Positions 36,480 through 45,168 of a stretch of DNA of 64,000 nt are shown here, in pieces. The DNA is from Fidelibacterota bacterium. Lineage in GTDB: Bacteria; Fidelibacterota; Fidelibacteria; Fidelibacterales; DSDE01. The notes beneath the pieces are model-generated. The model was not told the DNA's origin. It worked only from the letters and a program-made list of their open reading frames with translations, and made no database searches. Where the stretch lies: contig JBJKQR010000012.1 of NCBI GenBank assembly GCA_046735395.1, positions 174,599 to 238,598 of the forward strand, read 5' to 3'. Position numbers and translations under genes: made by a program. Each line of letters opens with the position of its first letter. Positions within the stretch are counted from its first letter, which is position 1.

Positions 36480-36962
36480 ATGAAGAATAAGATGATTGGA
36501 ATGTTAATGAGTGCAGTGCTGCTGACAGGGCTGATGGCAGCTACGGCAAGTGCGCAGGTGGAGCAGGATGAATTTCTGGATCCCATGACTCTGGATATTC
36601 CGGATGCCCTGAACATGGTGAATATTCCCTATGATCAGGATAAGGTTCCATCCCGGAACAAGGAAGAGGCGACTGCCGAAAATAATGAGGCCGATGCTCT
36701 GGCCATTCAGGGTTTTCGGGTACAGCTCATCAGCAGTCAGGATGTATCGCAGGCCGAGGCTGTCGAGATGAAGGCCATTGAATTGTTCGGTGATGATGTG
36801 TATCTGGTTTTCGAATATCCCAATTACAAAGTCCGGGTCGGGAATTTCATCGATATCAAGGAAGCCGGTACTACGGAAAGCAAGGCCCGGCGGAACGGGT
36901 TCCCGAGGGCATGGACTGTCCCCAGCGAGATTCGGACTGAAAATCTGAACCAGAAGTACTAA
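36480..36962 (+). CDS. exported SPOR-domain protein
   Basis: Signal peptide; QGFRVQL, YLVFEYPNYKVRVGNF, GFPRAWTV. Confidence 0.85.
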   Translation: MKNKMIGMLMSAVLLTGLMAATASAQVEQDEFLDPMTLDIPDALNMVNIPYDQDKVPSRNKEEATAENNEADALAIQGFRVQLISSQDVSQAEAVEMKAIELFGDDVYLVFEYPNYKVRVGNFIDIKEAGTTESKARRNGFPRAWTVPSEIRTENLNQKY

Positions 36963-36982
36963 ACGCGAATTTCAGCTATTTT

Positions 36983-38098
36983 ATGAAAAAAACAGGCCTC
37001 AGTATTCTGTTCGCAGCGCTCACTTTCGGTATGATTGCGAACAGTGGTGCCGCTGTGTGCGGCCCGGAACTCCAGACAGGAATCCGGGCGTATCTGAATT
37101 ACGATTTTCATTCCGCAGATTCTCTTTTTCAGGATCTGGCGCAGCACTATCCGGGTGAGCCGCTTCCGTTGTTTTACATGCTTGTAAATGAAAATGCCGA
37201 GTACCGGAGCCGGGGACTCTTTGAGGAAGGCGCCGATACGCTGCTGAAAAAGCTTCCCTCTGTCCTGGATGCTTTTGACAGCTGGCTGGTAACCCATCCG
37301 GAGGATGCCTCCGCCCAACTCTATTACGGGACGGCAAAAGCTCTGAAAGCGCGGATATTCATGAATCGGGGTGCCTATATCTCAGCCATGATGGAAGGGT
37401 ATCAGGCCATCCGCTCCGCAAAACGCTCTGCAGCACTTGCTCCTGATTATGCGGATACGGGACTGGCTATCGGGACATTTGATGTATTTTTATCGGTGAT
37501 ACGGCAGCACTACCCGTGGATTCTGCCCTTTATGAATGAAAAGAGCTATCGGGAAAACGGTGAAACCGAGCTGACCCGAACGGCACGGCAGGGCCGCGAG
37601 GGACGGTGGGAAGCCGCAGGATTGCTCATGATGCTGAAGCTGTATGAGGACAGGGATATGGCAGCTGGCGTTGTGATCGGAGACAGCCTGACCCGGGAAT
37701 TTCCTGAAAATATGGAATACCGCAGCCTCTATGCCGAAGCTCTCATCCTGTCCGGGGATGATCAGAGAGGATCGGCCCAGCTGGACAGTATGAGAAAACG
37801 GCTGAGCGTATCCGATGATCCGGAATATATGACCTTATGGTCGCTCCGGGCCGTGTATCTTGATGGCGTTCTCGCCATGACACGCGGTGATTATCAGAAA
37901 GCGCTGCATCTGTTCAGCGAGACCTGTGAGACCTATAATTTTGAATTCGGCTGGCAGCTGGCCTGGGCCTATACCTATTCGGGCGTAATGCTTGAACGGG
38001 AGGGGGAGCTGGAAAAAGCCCGCGACATGTACCGAAAGGCCGTTGCAACCGATGAAGTCTGCAAAGCCGTGCTCATCGCCAGGCAGGCGCTGGAATAA
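36983..38098 (+). CDS. exported TPR-repeat protein
   Basis: Signal peptide; helical repeats (GDYQKALHLF, GELEKARDMYRKA). Confidence 0.75.
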   Translation: MKKTGLSILFAALTFGMIANSGAAVCGPELQTGIRAYLNYDFHSADSLFQDLAQHYPGEPLPLFYMLVNENAEYRSRGLFEEGADTLLKKLPSVLDAFDSWLVTHPEDASAQLYYGTAKALKARIFMNRGAYISAMMEGYQAIRSAKRSAALAPDYADTGLAIGTFDVFLSVIRQHYPWILPFMNEKSYRENGETELTRTARQGREGRWEAAGLLMMLKLYEDRDMAAGVVIGDSLTREFPENMEYRSLYAEALILSGDDQRGSAQLDSMRKRLSVSDDPEYMTLWSLRAVYLDGVLAMTRGDYQKALHLFSETCETYNFEFGWQLAWAYTYSGVMLEREGELEKARDMYRKAVATDEVCKAVLIARQALE

Positions 38099-38114
38099 GA
38101 CCCGGCGATCAGAC

Positions 38115-38185
38115 GTTCAAAAGTTCAATAGTTCAAAAGTTCAAAAGTTCAGAGGTAGAGACGCAATATATTGCGTCTCTACCTC
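38115..38185. repeat. five GTTCAAAA-type octamers running into a perfect 34-bp palindrome (GTAG REP-like)
   Basis: GTTCAAAA GTTCAATA GTTCAAAA GTTCAAAA GTTCAGAG (38115-38154); GAGGTAGAGACGCAATA/TATTGCGTCTCTACCTC (38152-38185). Confidence 0.85.
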
Positions 38186-38220
38186 AAATCCCCTACCCGC
38201 GGAAATAATCAGGGATAAAT

Positions 38221-38251
38221 AAAAAGCTCCCGTTTATTAGAAACGAGAGCT
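38221..38251 (-). terminator. second intrinsic terminator downstream of rplI
   Basis: Minus strand AGCTCTCGTTT-CTAAT-AAACGGGAGCT (one G-U pair) followed by a T run. Confidence 0.65.
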
Positions 38252-38260
38252 GAAAAACAG

Positions 38261-38289
38261 AAAAAAAACGGGGGCTCTGCCCCCGTTTT
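38261..38289 (-). terminator. intrinsic (probably bidirectional) terminator after rplI
   Basis: CGGGGGC-TCT-GCCCCCG stem flanked by A8 and T4. Confidence 0.85.
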
Positions 38290-38313
38290 AAATAATAAGT
38301 TATCAGGCCAGGA

Positions 38314-38757
38314 TTATTCCTTGACGACCCACAGTTTGACTTCGGCCTTGACCGTCTTGTAAACCTTTACGGAGACAGTGTAGATGCCGAGGGCTTTGAT
38401 CGGTTCATCGATGGAAATATCGTGCTTGTCGATTTCGTAACCTTTTTCCTTCAGCAGGTCCGCTACGTTCTGATTGGTGACGGAGCCGAAGAGCTTGTCA
38501 TCATCCCCGGCAGCCACTGCCACGGTCAGAGACAGATCCTTCAGTTTGGCGGCGACGCCTTCAGCATGTTTAAGGGCAGCAGTTTCCTTCTTTTCGCCCA
38601 CCTTCAGCTGTTCCTGATAGGCTTTGATGGATGTTTTGGTGGCGAAGTCGGCCAGTTTCTGCGGAATCAGATAATTGCGTCCGAATCCGTCCTTCACTTC
38701 AACGATTTCACCTTTTTTACCGAGTTTATCAACATTTTCCTTAAGAATGACTTTCAT
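38314..38757 (-). CDS. rplI: 50S ribosomal protein L9
   Basis: MKVILKENVDKLGKKGEIVEVKDGFGRNYLIP, KLFGSVT. Confidence 0.98.
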   Translation of the reverse strand: MKVILKENVDKLGKKGEIVEVKDGFGRNYLIPQKLADFATKTSIKAYQEQLKVGEKKETAALKHAEGVAAKLKDLSLTVAVAAGDDDKLFGSVTNQNVADLLKEKGYEIDKHDISIDEPIKALGIYTVSVKVYKTVKAEVKLWVVKE

Positions 38758-38770
38758 TACGGGATCCCTT

Positions 38771-38998
38771 TCATTTATCGGTTACATCGTAGGCATAAGG
38801 AATCAGAGCGATATTTCTTGCCCGTTTGATAGCCTTGACCAGTTCCCGCTGATGCTTTGCACAGGTGCCGGTGATACGGCTGGGAATGATCTTACCCTGT
38901 TCCGTGATAAAACGTCTGATGTTCTTGTAATCCTTGTAGTCGATGCTAACTTTGTTTTCACAAAATTTGCAGACCTTTTTCTTGCTGATTAATGCCAT
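38771..38998 (-). CDS. rpsR: 30S ribosomal protein S18 (zinc-binding type)
   Basis: [32 protein letters not shown]. Confidence 0.98.
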   Translation of the reverse strand: MALISKKKVCKFCENKVSIDYKDYKNIRRFITEQGKIIPSRITGTCAKHQRELVKAIKRARNIALIPYAYDVTDK

Positions 38999-39010
38999 GG
39001 TTTTAATTCC

Positions 39011-39406
39011 TTAATTTTCAAAATCATTAAGAGTATCCTGATACTCCGGGTCTTCAGATTCCCGGTGAATATCAAGAAACTGTATTTTTTTCGCCTTGAT
39101 TTCGATGCTGTTGTGGAAGCCGGCCCCGGAGGGGACTTTCTTGCTCTGAAGTTCTCCCGTAATGACGACAGTGGATCCTTTGCACAATCTTTCGCGGCAG
39201 CTTGTAGCCAGAGTATTCCAGGCTACGACACCGATAAAGCATGCATCTTCCTTCAGCGATCCGTTCTTGTCACGGAAGCGCTTATTGGACGCCACATGGA
39301 AATTCACGACAGGCATTCCGCTCTGGGTTTCGCTGTAAACAGGATCCCCGGTAAGATTGCCGGCAATGATAACCAGATTGATTTCGGGAACTTTCAGATC
39401 AGGCAT
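39011..39406 (-). CDS. ssb: single-stranded DNA-binding protein (short, atypical C-terminus)
   Basis: INLVIIAGNLTGDP, VVAW, KGS.V...GELQ; lies between rpsF and rpsR. Confidence 0.88.
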   Translation of the reverse strand: MPDLKVPEINLVIIAGNLTGDPVYSETQSGMPVVNFHVASNKRFRDKNGSLKEDACFIGVVAWNTLATSCRERLCKGSTVVITGELQSKKVPSGAGFHNSIEIKAKKIQFLDIHRESEDPEYQDTLNDFEN

Positions 39407-39417
39407 AAACGTTTTAC

Positions 39418-39918
39418 TCAGGCTTCCTCAGTTGTTTCGGACGCATCCTCGTCAGCGTCCTCATCGTCATCGTCGTCCTCATCAACATCGTCATCATCGT
39501 CATCAGCGTCTTCTGCGTCTTCAGCGTCATCCTCATCGTCCGCGGGGGCAGATTCAGAAACAGCTTCGGCATTGGCAACGCGGACACTCTCTTCACTATC
39601 CTCGATCCGATCCTTTTCGATGACTTCAGGTTTTTCCTCAAGCTTGACAATGATCTGGGACAGAATATAGGACTGGATTTCCATCCATGAGGTCAATTCC
39701 CGGATGATAGCCGGTTCAGCTTCGAAATGAAACAGAACATAGGTACCCATTTTCTGCTTGTTGATGGCATAAGCCAGACGGCGTTTGCCCATATCGATTT
39801 TGTTGATCATAACTCCGTCGCGTTTGACAATCTCTGTCTCGACGGAATCAACAACGGCCTTCAGCCGATCCTGTTCATAGTTGGGATGAACAATAAAAAG
39901 CGCTTCATAGTATCTCAA
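39418..39918 (-). CDS. rpsF: 30S ribosomal protein S6 with long acidic tail
   Basis: TTG start after AGGAG; MRYYE..FIVHP, GKRRLAYAI.K. Confidence 0.96.
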   Translation of the reverse strand: MRYYEALFIVHPNYEQDRLKAVVDSVETEIVKRDGVMINKIDMGKRRLAYAINKQKMGTYVLFHFEAEPAIIRELTSWMEIQSYILSQIIVKLEEKPEVIEKDRIEDSEESVRVANAEAVSESAPADDEDDAEDAEDADDDDDDVDEDDDDDEDADEDASETTEEA

Positions 39919-39940
39919 CGTAGTACTCCTTTCAAATAGA

Positions 39941-42004
39941 CTAGGATATAATCAGTGGTGCGATAACAAGTGAGACCACTGACATAAGTTTTATCAGAAT
40001 ATTCAGAGACGGTCCTGCAGTATCCTTGAAAGGATCACCTACCGTATCACCGACCACGGCTGCTTTATGGGCATCACCGCCCTTGCCGCCGAACTGGCCG
40101 CTCTCAATATATTTTTTGGCGTTATCCCAGACTCCGCCGGAATTTGCCATAAAGATAGCCATCAAAACTCCGCTGACCGTCGTTCCGGCCAGAACCCCGC
40201 CGAGCATGGCCGGATCATAGAATCCAACCAGAACGGGTACGAGGATGGCGATAAGACCGGGGAATACCATTTTTTTAATGGCAGCTTCCGTGGAGATATC
40301 GACGCATTTTTTGAAATCAGCTGCCGCCTTGCCTTCCATCAGTCCCTTGATCTCACGGAACTGACGCCGAACTTCCTCAATCATGCTGAAGGCAGCGTCT
40401 CCCACGGCTTTCATGGCGAGAGAACTGAAGAAGAAGGGAAGCATGCCACCGATGAACAGGCCCGCCATAATGGACGGATCCGTCAGATCGATGGTCTGGA
40501 TGCCTGCAGTTGTTTTATACGCGGAAAAGAGAGCCAGGGCCGTCAAGGCCGCGGAACCGATGGCAAAGCCTTTTCCGATGGCCGCGGTCGTATTTCCCAC
40601 TGCATCGAGGCGGTCCGTGATAGTCCGGACACCTTTTTCCAAGCCGGACATTTCAGCAATTCCGCCGGCATTGTCCGCGATGGGCCCGTAGGCGTCCACG
40701 GCGAGCTGTATGCCGATAGTGGTCAGCATGCCCAGCGCTGCCAGAGCGATTCCGTAGAGTCCGGCAGACGAGTAGGCAACCAGGATGGCCAGAGACAGGA
40801 CCAGGATGGGAAGAGCCGTGCTGCTCATTCCGACGCCCAGGCCGCTGATGATATTGGTTGCGGACCCTGTCTGGCTGGCTTCGGCCACGCTGTGTGCGGG
40901 AGATTTTGACTCAGCCGTGTAATACTCCGTCAGGATACCGATGAGGACACCGCCCACCAGTCCGGCGACGGTTGCGTAAAAGACGCCGAGGGAGGTATAG
41001 AGCGGGCCGCTTCCGAGGGAAAAGCTTCCTGAGGGAAGAAAACGGGTGATGATGAAATAGGAGACGACCAGCATCACGCCGGCGGCTCCGAATTCACCTT
41101 TGTTCAATGCTTTCTGAGGATCGGGGTTGCCTTTGCCCGTACGGACGAAAAAGGTACCCAGAATAGATATGATAATCCCGGCTGCTGCGAGAACCAGGGG
41201 CAGGACGACAAATTCGATATTGAAAATGCCTCCCACGGTGATGACAGCTCCCAGAACCATGGCTCCGACGATGGATCCCACATAGGATTCAAAAAGATCG
41301 GCTCCCATACCGGCCACATCGCCCACATTATCACCGACGTTGTCTGCGATGACGGCAGGGTTGCGGGGATCATCCTCCGGAATACCGGCTTCGACTTTAC
41401 CGACGAGATCGGCTCCCACGTCTGCAGCCTTCGTATATATACCACCGCCGACGCGGGCGAAGAGCGCAATGCTGCTGGCTCCGAGACTGAACCCGCTGAT
41501 CACGGGAAGTACAATCTGCTGAAGCGAAGCGGCATCATTGCCCAGAAATCTGGTATAGATGATGAAGAGCAGGGACAGTCCGATGATTCCCAGACCGACC
41601 ACACTCATTCCCATGACCGAACCGCCGCCGAAGGCCACATCCAGGGCTTTGGGCAGCGAGGTCCGGGCAGCGTTTGTGGTCCGTACATTCGCGGCGGTGG
41701 CCACGCGCATGCCGATATAGCCGGCGAGAGCGCTGCTGATGGCGCCGATTACGAACGACAGAGCGACAAGGCGGTTGCTGCCGTGGTTGCTGATAAAGAG
41801 CAGGAATGCTACGACCAGGACGAACCAGCCGAGAACTCTGTATTCACGGGTGAGAAAAGCCATCGCGCCGTCACGAATATTGCGGGCGATTGTCTTCATC
41901 GTATCGTTACCTGCATCCAGTTTGTTTATCCATCGGGTTTTCAGAGCTGCGTACAGCAGGGCTGCGATTCCTGAAAGGGGCAGCAGCAGTAATGTCTTAT
42001 TCAT
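39941..42004 (-). CDS. hppA: membrane-integral pyrophosphatase, K+-dependent type (probably Na+-translocating)
   Basis: [46 protein letters not shown] (Ala = K+-dependent), [11 protein letters not shown]. Confidence 0.95.
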   Translation of the reverse strand: MNKTLLLLPLSGIAALLYAALKTRWINKLDAGNDTMKTIARNIRDGAMAFLTREYRVLGWFVLVVAFLLFISNHGSNRLVALSFVIGAISSALAGYIGMRVATAANVRTTNAARTSLPKALDVAFGGGSVMGMSVVGLGIIGLSLLFIIYTRFLGNDAASLQQIVLPVISGFSLGASSIALFARVGGGIYTKAADVGADLVGKVEAGIPEDDPRNPAVIADNVGDNVGDVAGMGADLFESYVGSIVGAMVLGAVITVGGIFNIEFVVLPLVLAAAGIIISILGTFFVRTGKGNPDPQKALNKGEFGAAGVMLVVSYFIITRFLPSGSFSLGSGPLYTSLGVFYATVAGLVGGVLIGILTEYYTAESKSPAHSVAEASQTGSATNIISGLGVGMSSTALPILVLSLAILVAYSSAGLYGIALAALGMLTTIGIQLAVDAYGPIADNAGGIAEMSGLEKGVRTITDRLDAVGNTTAAIGKGFAIGSAALTALALFSAYKTTAGIQTIDLTDPSIMAGLFIGGMLPFFFSSLAMKAVGDAAFSMIEEVRRQFREIKGLMEGKAAADFKKCVDISTEAAIKKMVFPGLIAILVPVLVGFYDPAMLGGVLAGTTVSGVLMAIFMANSGGVWDNAKKYIESGQFGGKGGDAHKAAVVGDTVGDPFKDTAGPSLNILIKLMSVVSLVIAPLIIS

Positions 42005-42603
42005 GAATTCACCTCCGCCTGATTTTCATCAGGTTCGTGTTGGGGTTTGCGATTGTACAGATTCATGCAGTCGGTCAGGCCATTCTTCAGATAGTATTCG
42101 ACAGCATCGGCTCCCCGGGAAATGGTTTCCGGCAGGGTCGTCCGTTCTTCCGGATTGAATTTGGAGAGAACGAAGCTTTCCGTCGCCTGGAAATTCCGGT
42201 CATCATTGGTGATGCCCACGCGCAGGCGGCCGATATCCCGGCTGCCGATGTGGCGGATGATACTGTCCAGTCCCTTGTGTCCGCCTGAGCTTCCGCCTGC
42301 CCGTATCCGTAAAGCGGGGTAGGGAAGATCCAGGTCGTCCATGATCACGAACAGGTCCTGCGGCGTCAGTTTGTACCAGTCCATAATGGCTCGTACCGGC
42401 TGGCCGCTGTTGTTCATGTAACTCAGGGGTTTGAAGAGGCCAAAATCCTTTTCCGTATGAATTGCCTGCATATAATCGCTTTTGCCGGATCGGAAACTGA
42501 GCCCGTAGCGAGACGCAAGTTCGTCCACGATCATGAACCCGATATTATGACGGGTCTGCTGATACCTGGGGCCGGGGTTGCCCAATCCGACAATGACTTT
42601 CAT
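42001..42603 (-). CDS. pth: peptidyl-tRNA hydrolase
   Basis: [11 protein letters not shown]...[28 protein letters not shown]. Confidence 0.97.
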   Translation of the reverse strand: MKVIVGLGNPGPRYQQTRHNIGFMIVDELASRYGLSFRSGKSDYMQAIHTEKDFGLFKPLSYMNNSGQPVRAIMDWYKLTPQDLFVIMDDLDLPYPALRIRAGGSSGGHKGLDSIIRHIGSRDIGRLRVGITNDDRNFQATESFVLSKFNPEERTTLPETISRGADAVEYYLKNGLTDCMNLYNRKPQHEPDENQAEVNS

Positions 42604-42607
42604 TGAC

Positions 42608-43219
42608 TTACTCTTCAGTGCCTTCTTCTTCAGTCGTTTCTTCAGCTCCTTCATCTTCTTCAGCCGAAGTACTGGTTCCGGCAGGAGCGCCGACCATTAC
42701 CACCATGGCATCGTGGGGATTGAGCAGTTCAACGCCCGGGAAATCCAGATCCTTGATGTAAATACCCTGACCGCGGGTCAGTTCGGAAACATCAATGGTC
42801 AGTTCATGAGGAACGTCAGAAACCTTGCATCGGATATCCAGCTCATGCATCAGGGGCTCGAGAATACCGCCTTCGCGGACTCCGATGGCTGATCCGGTGA
42901 ATTTAACCGGTACGGTGACGTGAATAGCTTCGCTCAGTTTCACACCCTGAAAATCAATGTGAAGAACGGCTTCCGTCACAGGATGAAACTGGATGTCACG
43001 GATGAGAACCTTCTTGCTTTTTTTGTCAATGGTAATATCAATGACTTTGTTACCGGTACGAAGAACCCGGTTGAATTCCAGCGTACTGACAGTCAGCGGA
43101 ATCGGTTCTTCTCCATGATGGTAGTAAATCGCCGGAATCACTCCCTGGGCGCGCAGCTTTTTCATCTGCTCTTTCCCGGTGCTTTTCCGGACTTCGGTGT
43201 TTAATGCCTCATTTGTCAT
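42608..43219 (-). CDS. rplY: 50S ribosomal protein L25 (long, Ctc-type)
   Basis: LRAQGVIPAIYY, IQFHPV, HIDF, GVREGG. Confidence 0.96.
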   Translation of the reverse strand: MTNEALNTEVRKSTGKEQMKKLRAQGVIPAIYYHHGEEPIPLTVSTLEFNRVLRTGNKVIDITIDKKSKKVLIRDIQFHPVTEAVLHIDFQGVKLSEAIHVTVPVKFTGSAIGVREGGILEPLMHELDIRCKVSDVPHELTIDVSELTRGQGIYIKDLDFPGVELLNPHDAMVVMVGAPAGTSTSAEEDEGAEETTEEEGTEE

Positions 43220-43245
43220 TTGGATTTTTTCTCCTTGCTATGGTA

Positions 43246-44199
43246 TTAAACCTGTTTATTGAACAAAATGCTGACGGATTCGTCGTTATGAATCCGCTCG
43301 ATTGCTTCTGCAAATATATCGCTGATGGTGACCGTGCGCATCTTGGGGCAGGCTTTGTTTTCCGGCCGCTTAATGGTGTCCGTCACGAAAATCTGATCAA
43401 TGACCGAATCATTGATGCGCGGGATGGCCTCGCCCGACAGGACGGCATGTGTGAAGGCCGCGCTGACCTTGTTTGCCCCCATGTCAACCAGGCGCTGAGC
43501 CGCTGATACAAGCGTACCGGCAGTGTCGGCCATATCATCCACGATAAGGACATTTTTATTCTGAATATTACCGATGACATGCATGACTTCGGATTTGTTG
43601 TGGGCAGTCCGACGCTTGTCGATGATGGCCAGTTCCTTGTCCATGCTGTTTGCATAACTCCTGGCCAGGGGAACGGAACCCACATCGGGGGCAACAATGA
43701 CCAGATCCGGATCACTCGTGATACCGGACTGAATCAGGTAATTCAGCATGGCAGGCTTGCTGTACAGATGATCGAAGGGAACCGACACATAGCCCTGAAT
43801 CTGGGTGCTGTGCAGATCCATAGCAATAATTCTCTGAGCCCCGGCATTGACGATCAGGTCCATGAAAAGGCGCGCCGAAATGGGAACCCGCGGCTGGTCC
43901 TTGCGGTCCTGTCGCGCATAGCCATAATAGGGCAATACGGCTGTGATCTTGCCGGCACTGGCTCTCCGCGCCGCATCCAGAATGAGAAGCAGCTCGACAA
44001 TGTTTTCATGGGGGGCATTGGTGGGCTGAATGATGAAAATATCCATACCCCGGATATTCTCCTCAAATTTACACCACAATTCACCATCGCTGAACTGCTT
44101 GATCGTCAGCTTTCCCAGTGAAATATTTAACTTGTCGCAGATTTTTTTTGCCAATTCAGGATTAGACCTACCCGAAAAGACTTTTAATTGTCCGCTCAT
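43246..44199 (-). CDS. prs: ribose-phosphate pyrophosphokinase
   Basis: FSDGE, PYYGYARQDRK, DLHS.QIQG, VDDMADTAGT. Confidence 0.97.
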   Translation of the reverse strand: MSGQLKVFSGRSNPELAKKICDKLNISLGKLTIKQFSDGELWCKFEENIRGMDIFIIQPTNAPHENIVELLLILDAARRASAGKITAVLPYYGYARQDRKDQPRVPISARLFMDLIVNAGAQRIIAMDLHSTQIQGYVSVPFDHLYSKPAMLNYLIQSGITSDPDLVIVAPDVGSVPLARSYANSMDKELAIIDKRRTAHNKSEVMHVIGNIQNKNVLIVDDMADTAGTLVSAAQRLVDMGANKVSAAFTHAVLSGEAIPRINDSVIDQIFVTDTIKRPENKACPKMRTVTISDIFAEAIERIHNDESVSILFNKQV

Positions 44200-44247
44200 G
44201 GCTCTCCCTTTTATTTGTTATTTCTGACTTGATCTGCGAAATTAGAG

Positions 44248-44318
44248 CTCAGGGGCAGGGACTCGAACCCCGATTGACGGGACCAAAACCCGCTGTCCTG
44301 CCGTTAGACGACCCCCGA
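44248..44318 (-). tRNA. tRNA-Gln (anticodon TTG), CCA not encoded
   Basis: Minus strand TCGGGGGTCGTCTAACGGCAGGACAGCGGGTTTTGGTCCCGTCAATCGGGGTTCGAGTCCCTGCCCCTGAG folds as a cloverleaf; classic ispE-tRNA(Gln)-prs position. Confidence 0.95.
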
Positions 44319-44325
44319 GTGAATT

Positions 44326-45168
44326 CTATCGATAGTGCGGAAGACAGATTCGGCAGGAATGGTGTTCCTGGATTTTTGCTGCAGCCGCCCCGGCTAGTTC
44401 TTCACTTTCATACACTCCGTACACAGTCGAGCCTGAACCCGACAGACCAGAACCGACAGCGCCATGTGCCGTCAGGAGATCCCTGATCTCTCTGATCTGT
44501 GGATATGTAGGGACTAAAACATCCTCAAATGCGTTTTCAAAAAGCTCCCAGCGTATTGGCCGGGTTAAAAAGCCGCGTAAATTACTGGTATTTTTTGATT
44601 CAGTCAAGGCGAAGTTCAATTTTTTATAGGCCTCCGCCGTGCTGATGAATATAGGAGGGAAGACGAGCAGAAAGGTGACATCGAGACGGGTATCTACAGG
44701 CGTGAGAATGTCTCCAATGCCCTCCACAAACTGCAGTCCGCCTCTCAAAAAGAACGGAACATCCGCACCGGTTTTTGCTGCGACATGCTTCAGGCCGTCT
44801 TCATCTATATCGCAGTGCGGCCTGAAGTGTCTGATGACGGCAGCTGCATCGGAGGAGCCGCCGCCCAGCCCGGCGCCCGATGGAATGGATTTGCGAAGGT
44901 GGATGTGAGCACCCAGATCAGCAGGAAGGTGGGGCTTCATCAGCGTCAATGCCTTCAGAATCGTATTCTGCTCATCCGTCGGCATATCATCCCGACTGCA
45001 GCTCAGTGTGAAAAGCCCGCTGCGGCTTTCCTCGATTTCCAGCTCATCATACAGATCTATTTCCTGAAAAAAGCTTTCCAGGGTATGGTAACCATCGGAG
45101 GCGCGCCGTCCTGTGATGGCCAGTCCGATATTGAGTTTTGCAAAAGCTTTCAGGACAATGGATGTCAT
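44326..45168 (-). CDS. ispE: 4-diphosphocytidyl-2C-methyl-D-erythritol kinase
   Basis: AKLNIGL, DGYH, KSIPSGAGLGGGSSDAA, GADVPFF, LSGSGS. Confidence 0.96.
   Translation of the reverse strand: MTSIVLKAFAKLNIGLAITGRRASDGYHTLESFFQEIDLYDELEIEESRSGLFTLSCSRDDMPTDEQNTILKALTLMKPHLPADLGAHIHLRKSIPSGAGLGGGSSDAAAVIRHFRPHCDIDEDGLKHVAAKTGADVPFFLRGGLQFVEGIGDILTPVDTRLDVTFLLVFPPIFISTAEAYKKLNFALTESKNTSNLRGFLTRPIRWELFENAFEDVLVPTYPQIREIRDLLTAHGAVGSGLSGSGSTVYGVYESEELAGAAAAKIQEHHSCRICLPHYR

Noticed and set aside
39414..39650. Thr/Met-rich and Ser-rich ORFs overlapping the 3' end of rpsF
   Set aside because: Alternative frames of the acidic S6 tail.
44200..44330. Island integrated at tRNA-Gln
   Set aside because: The conserved ispE-tRNA-prs order is intact; no integrase or duplicated tRNA 3' end seen.
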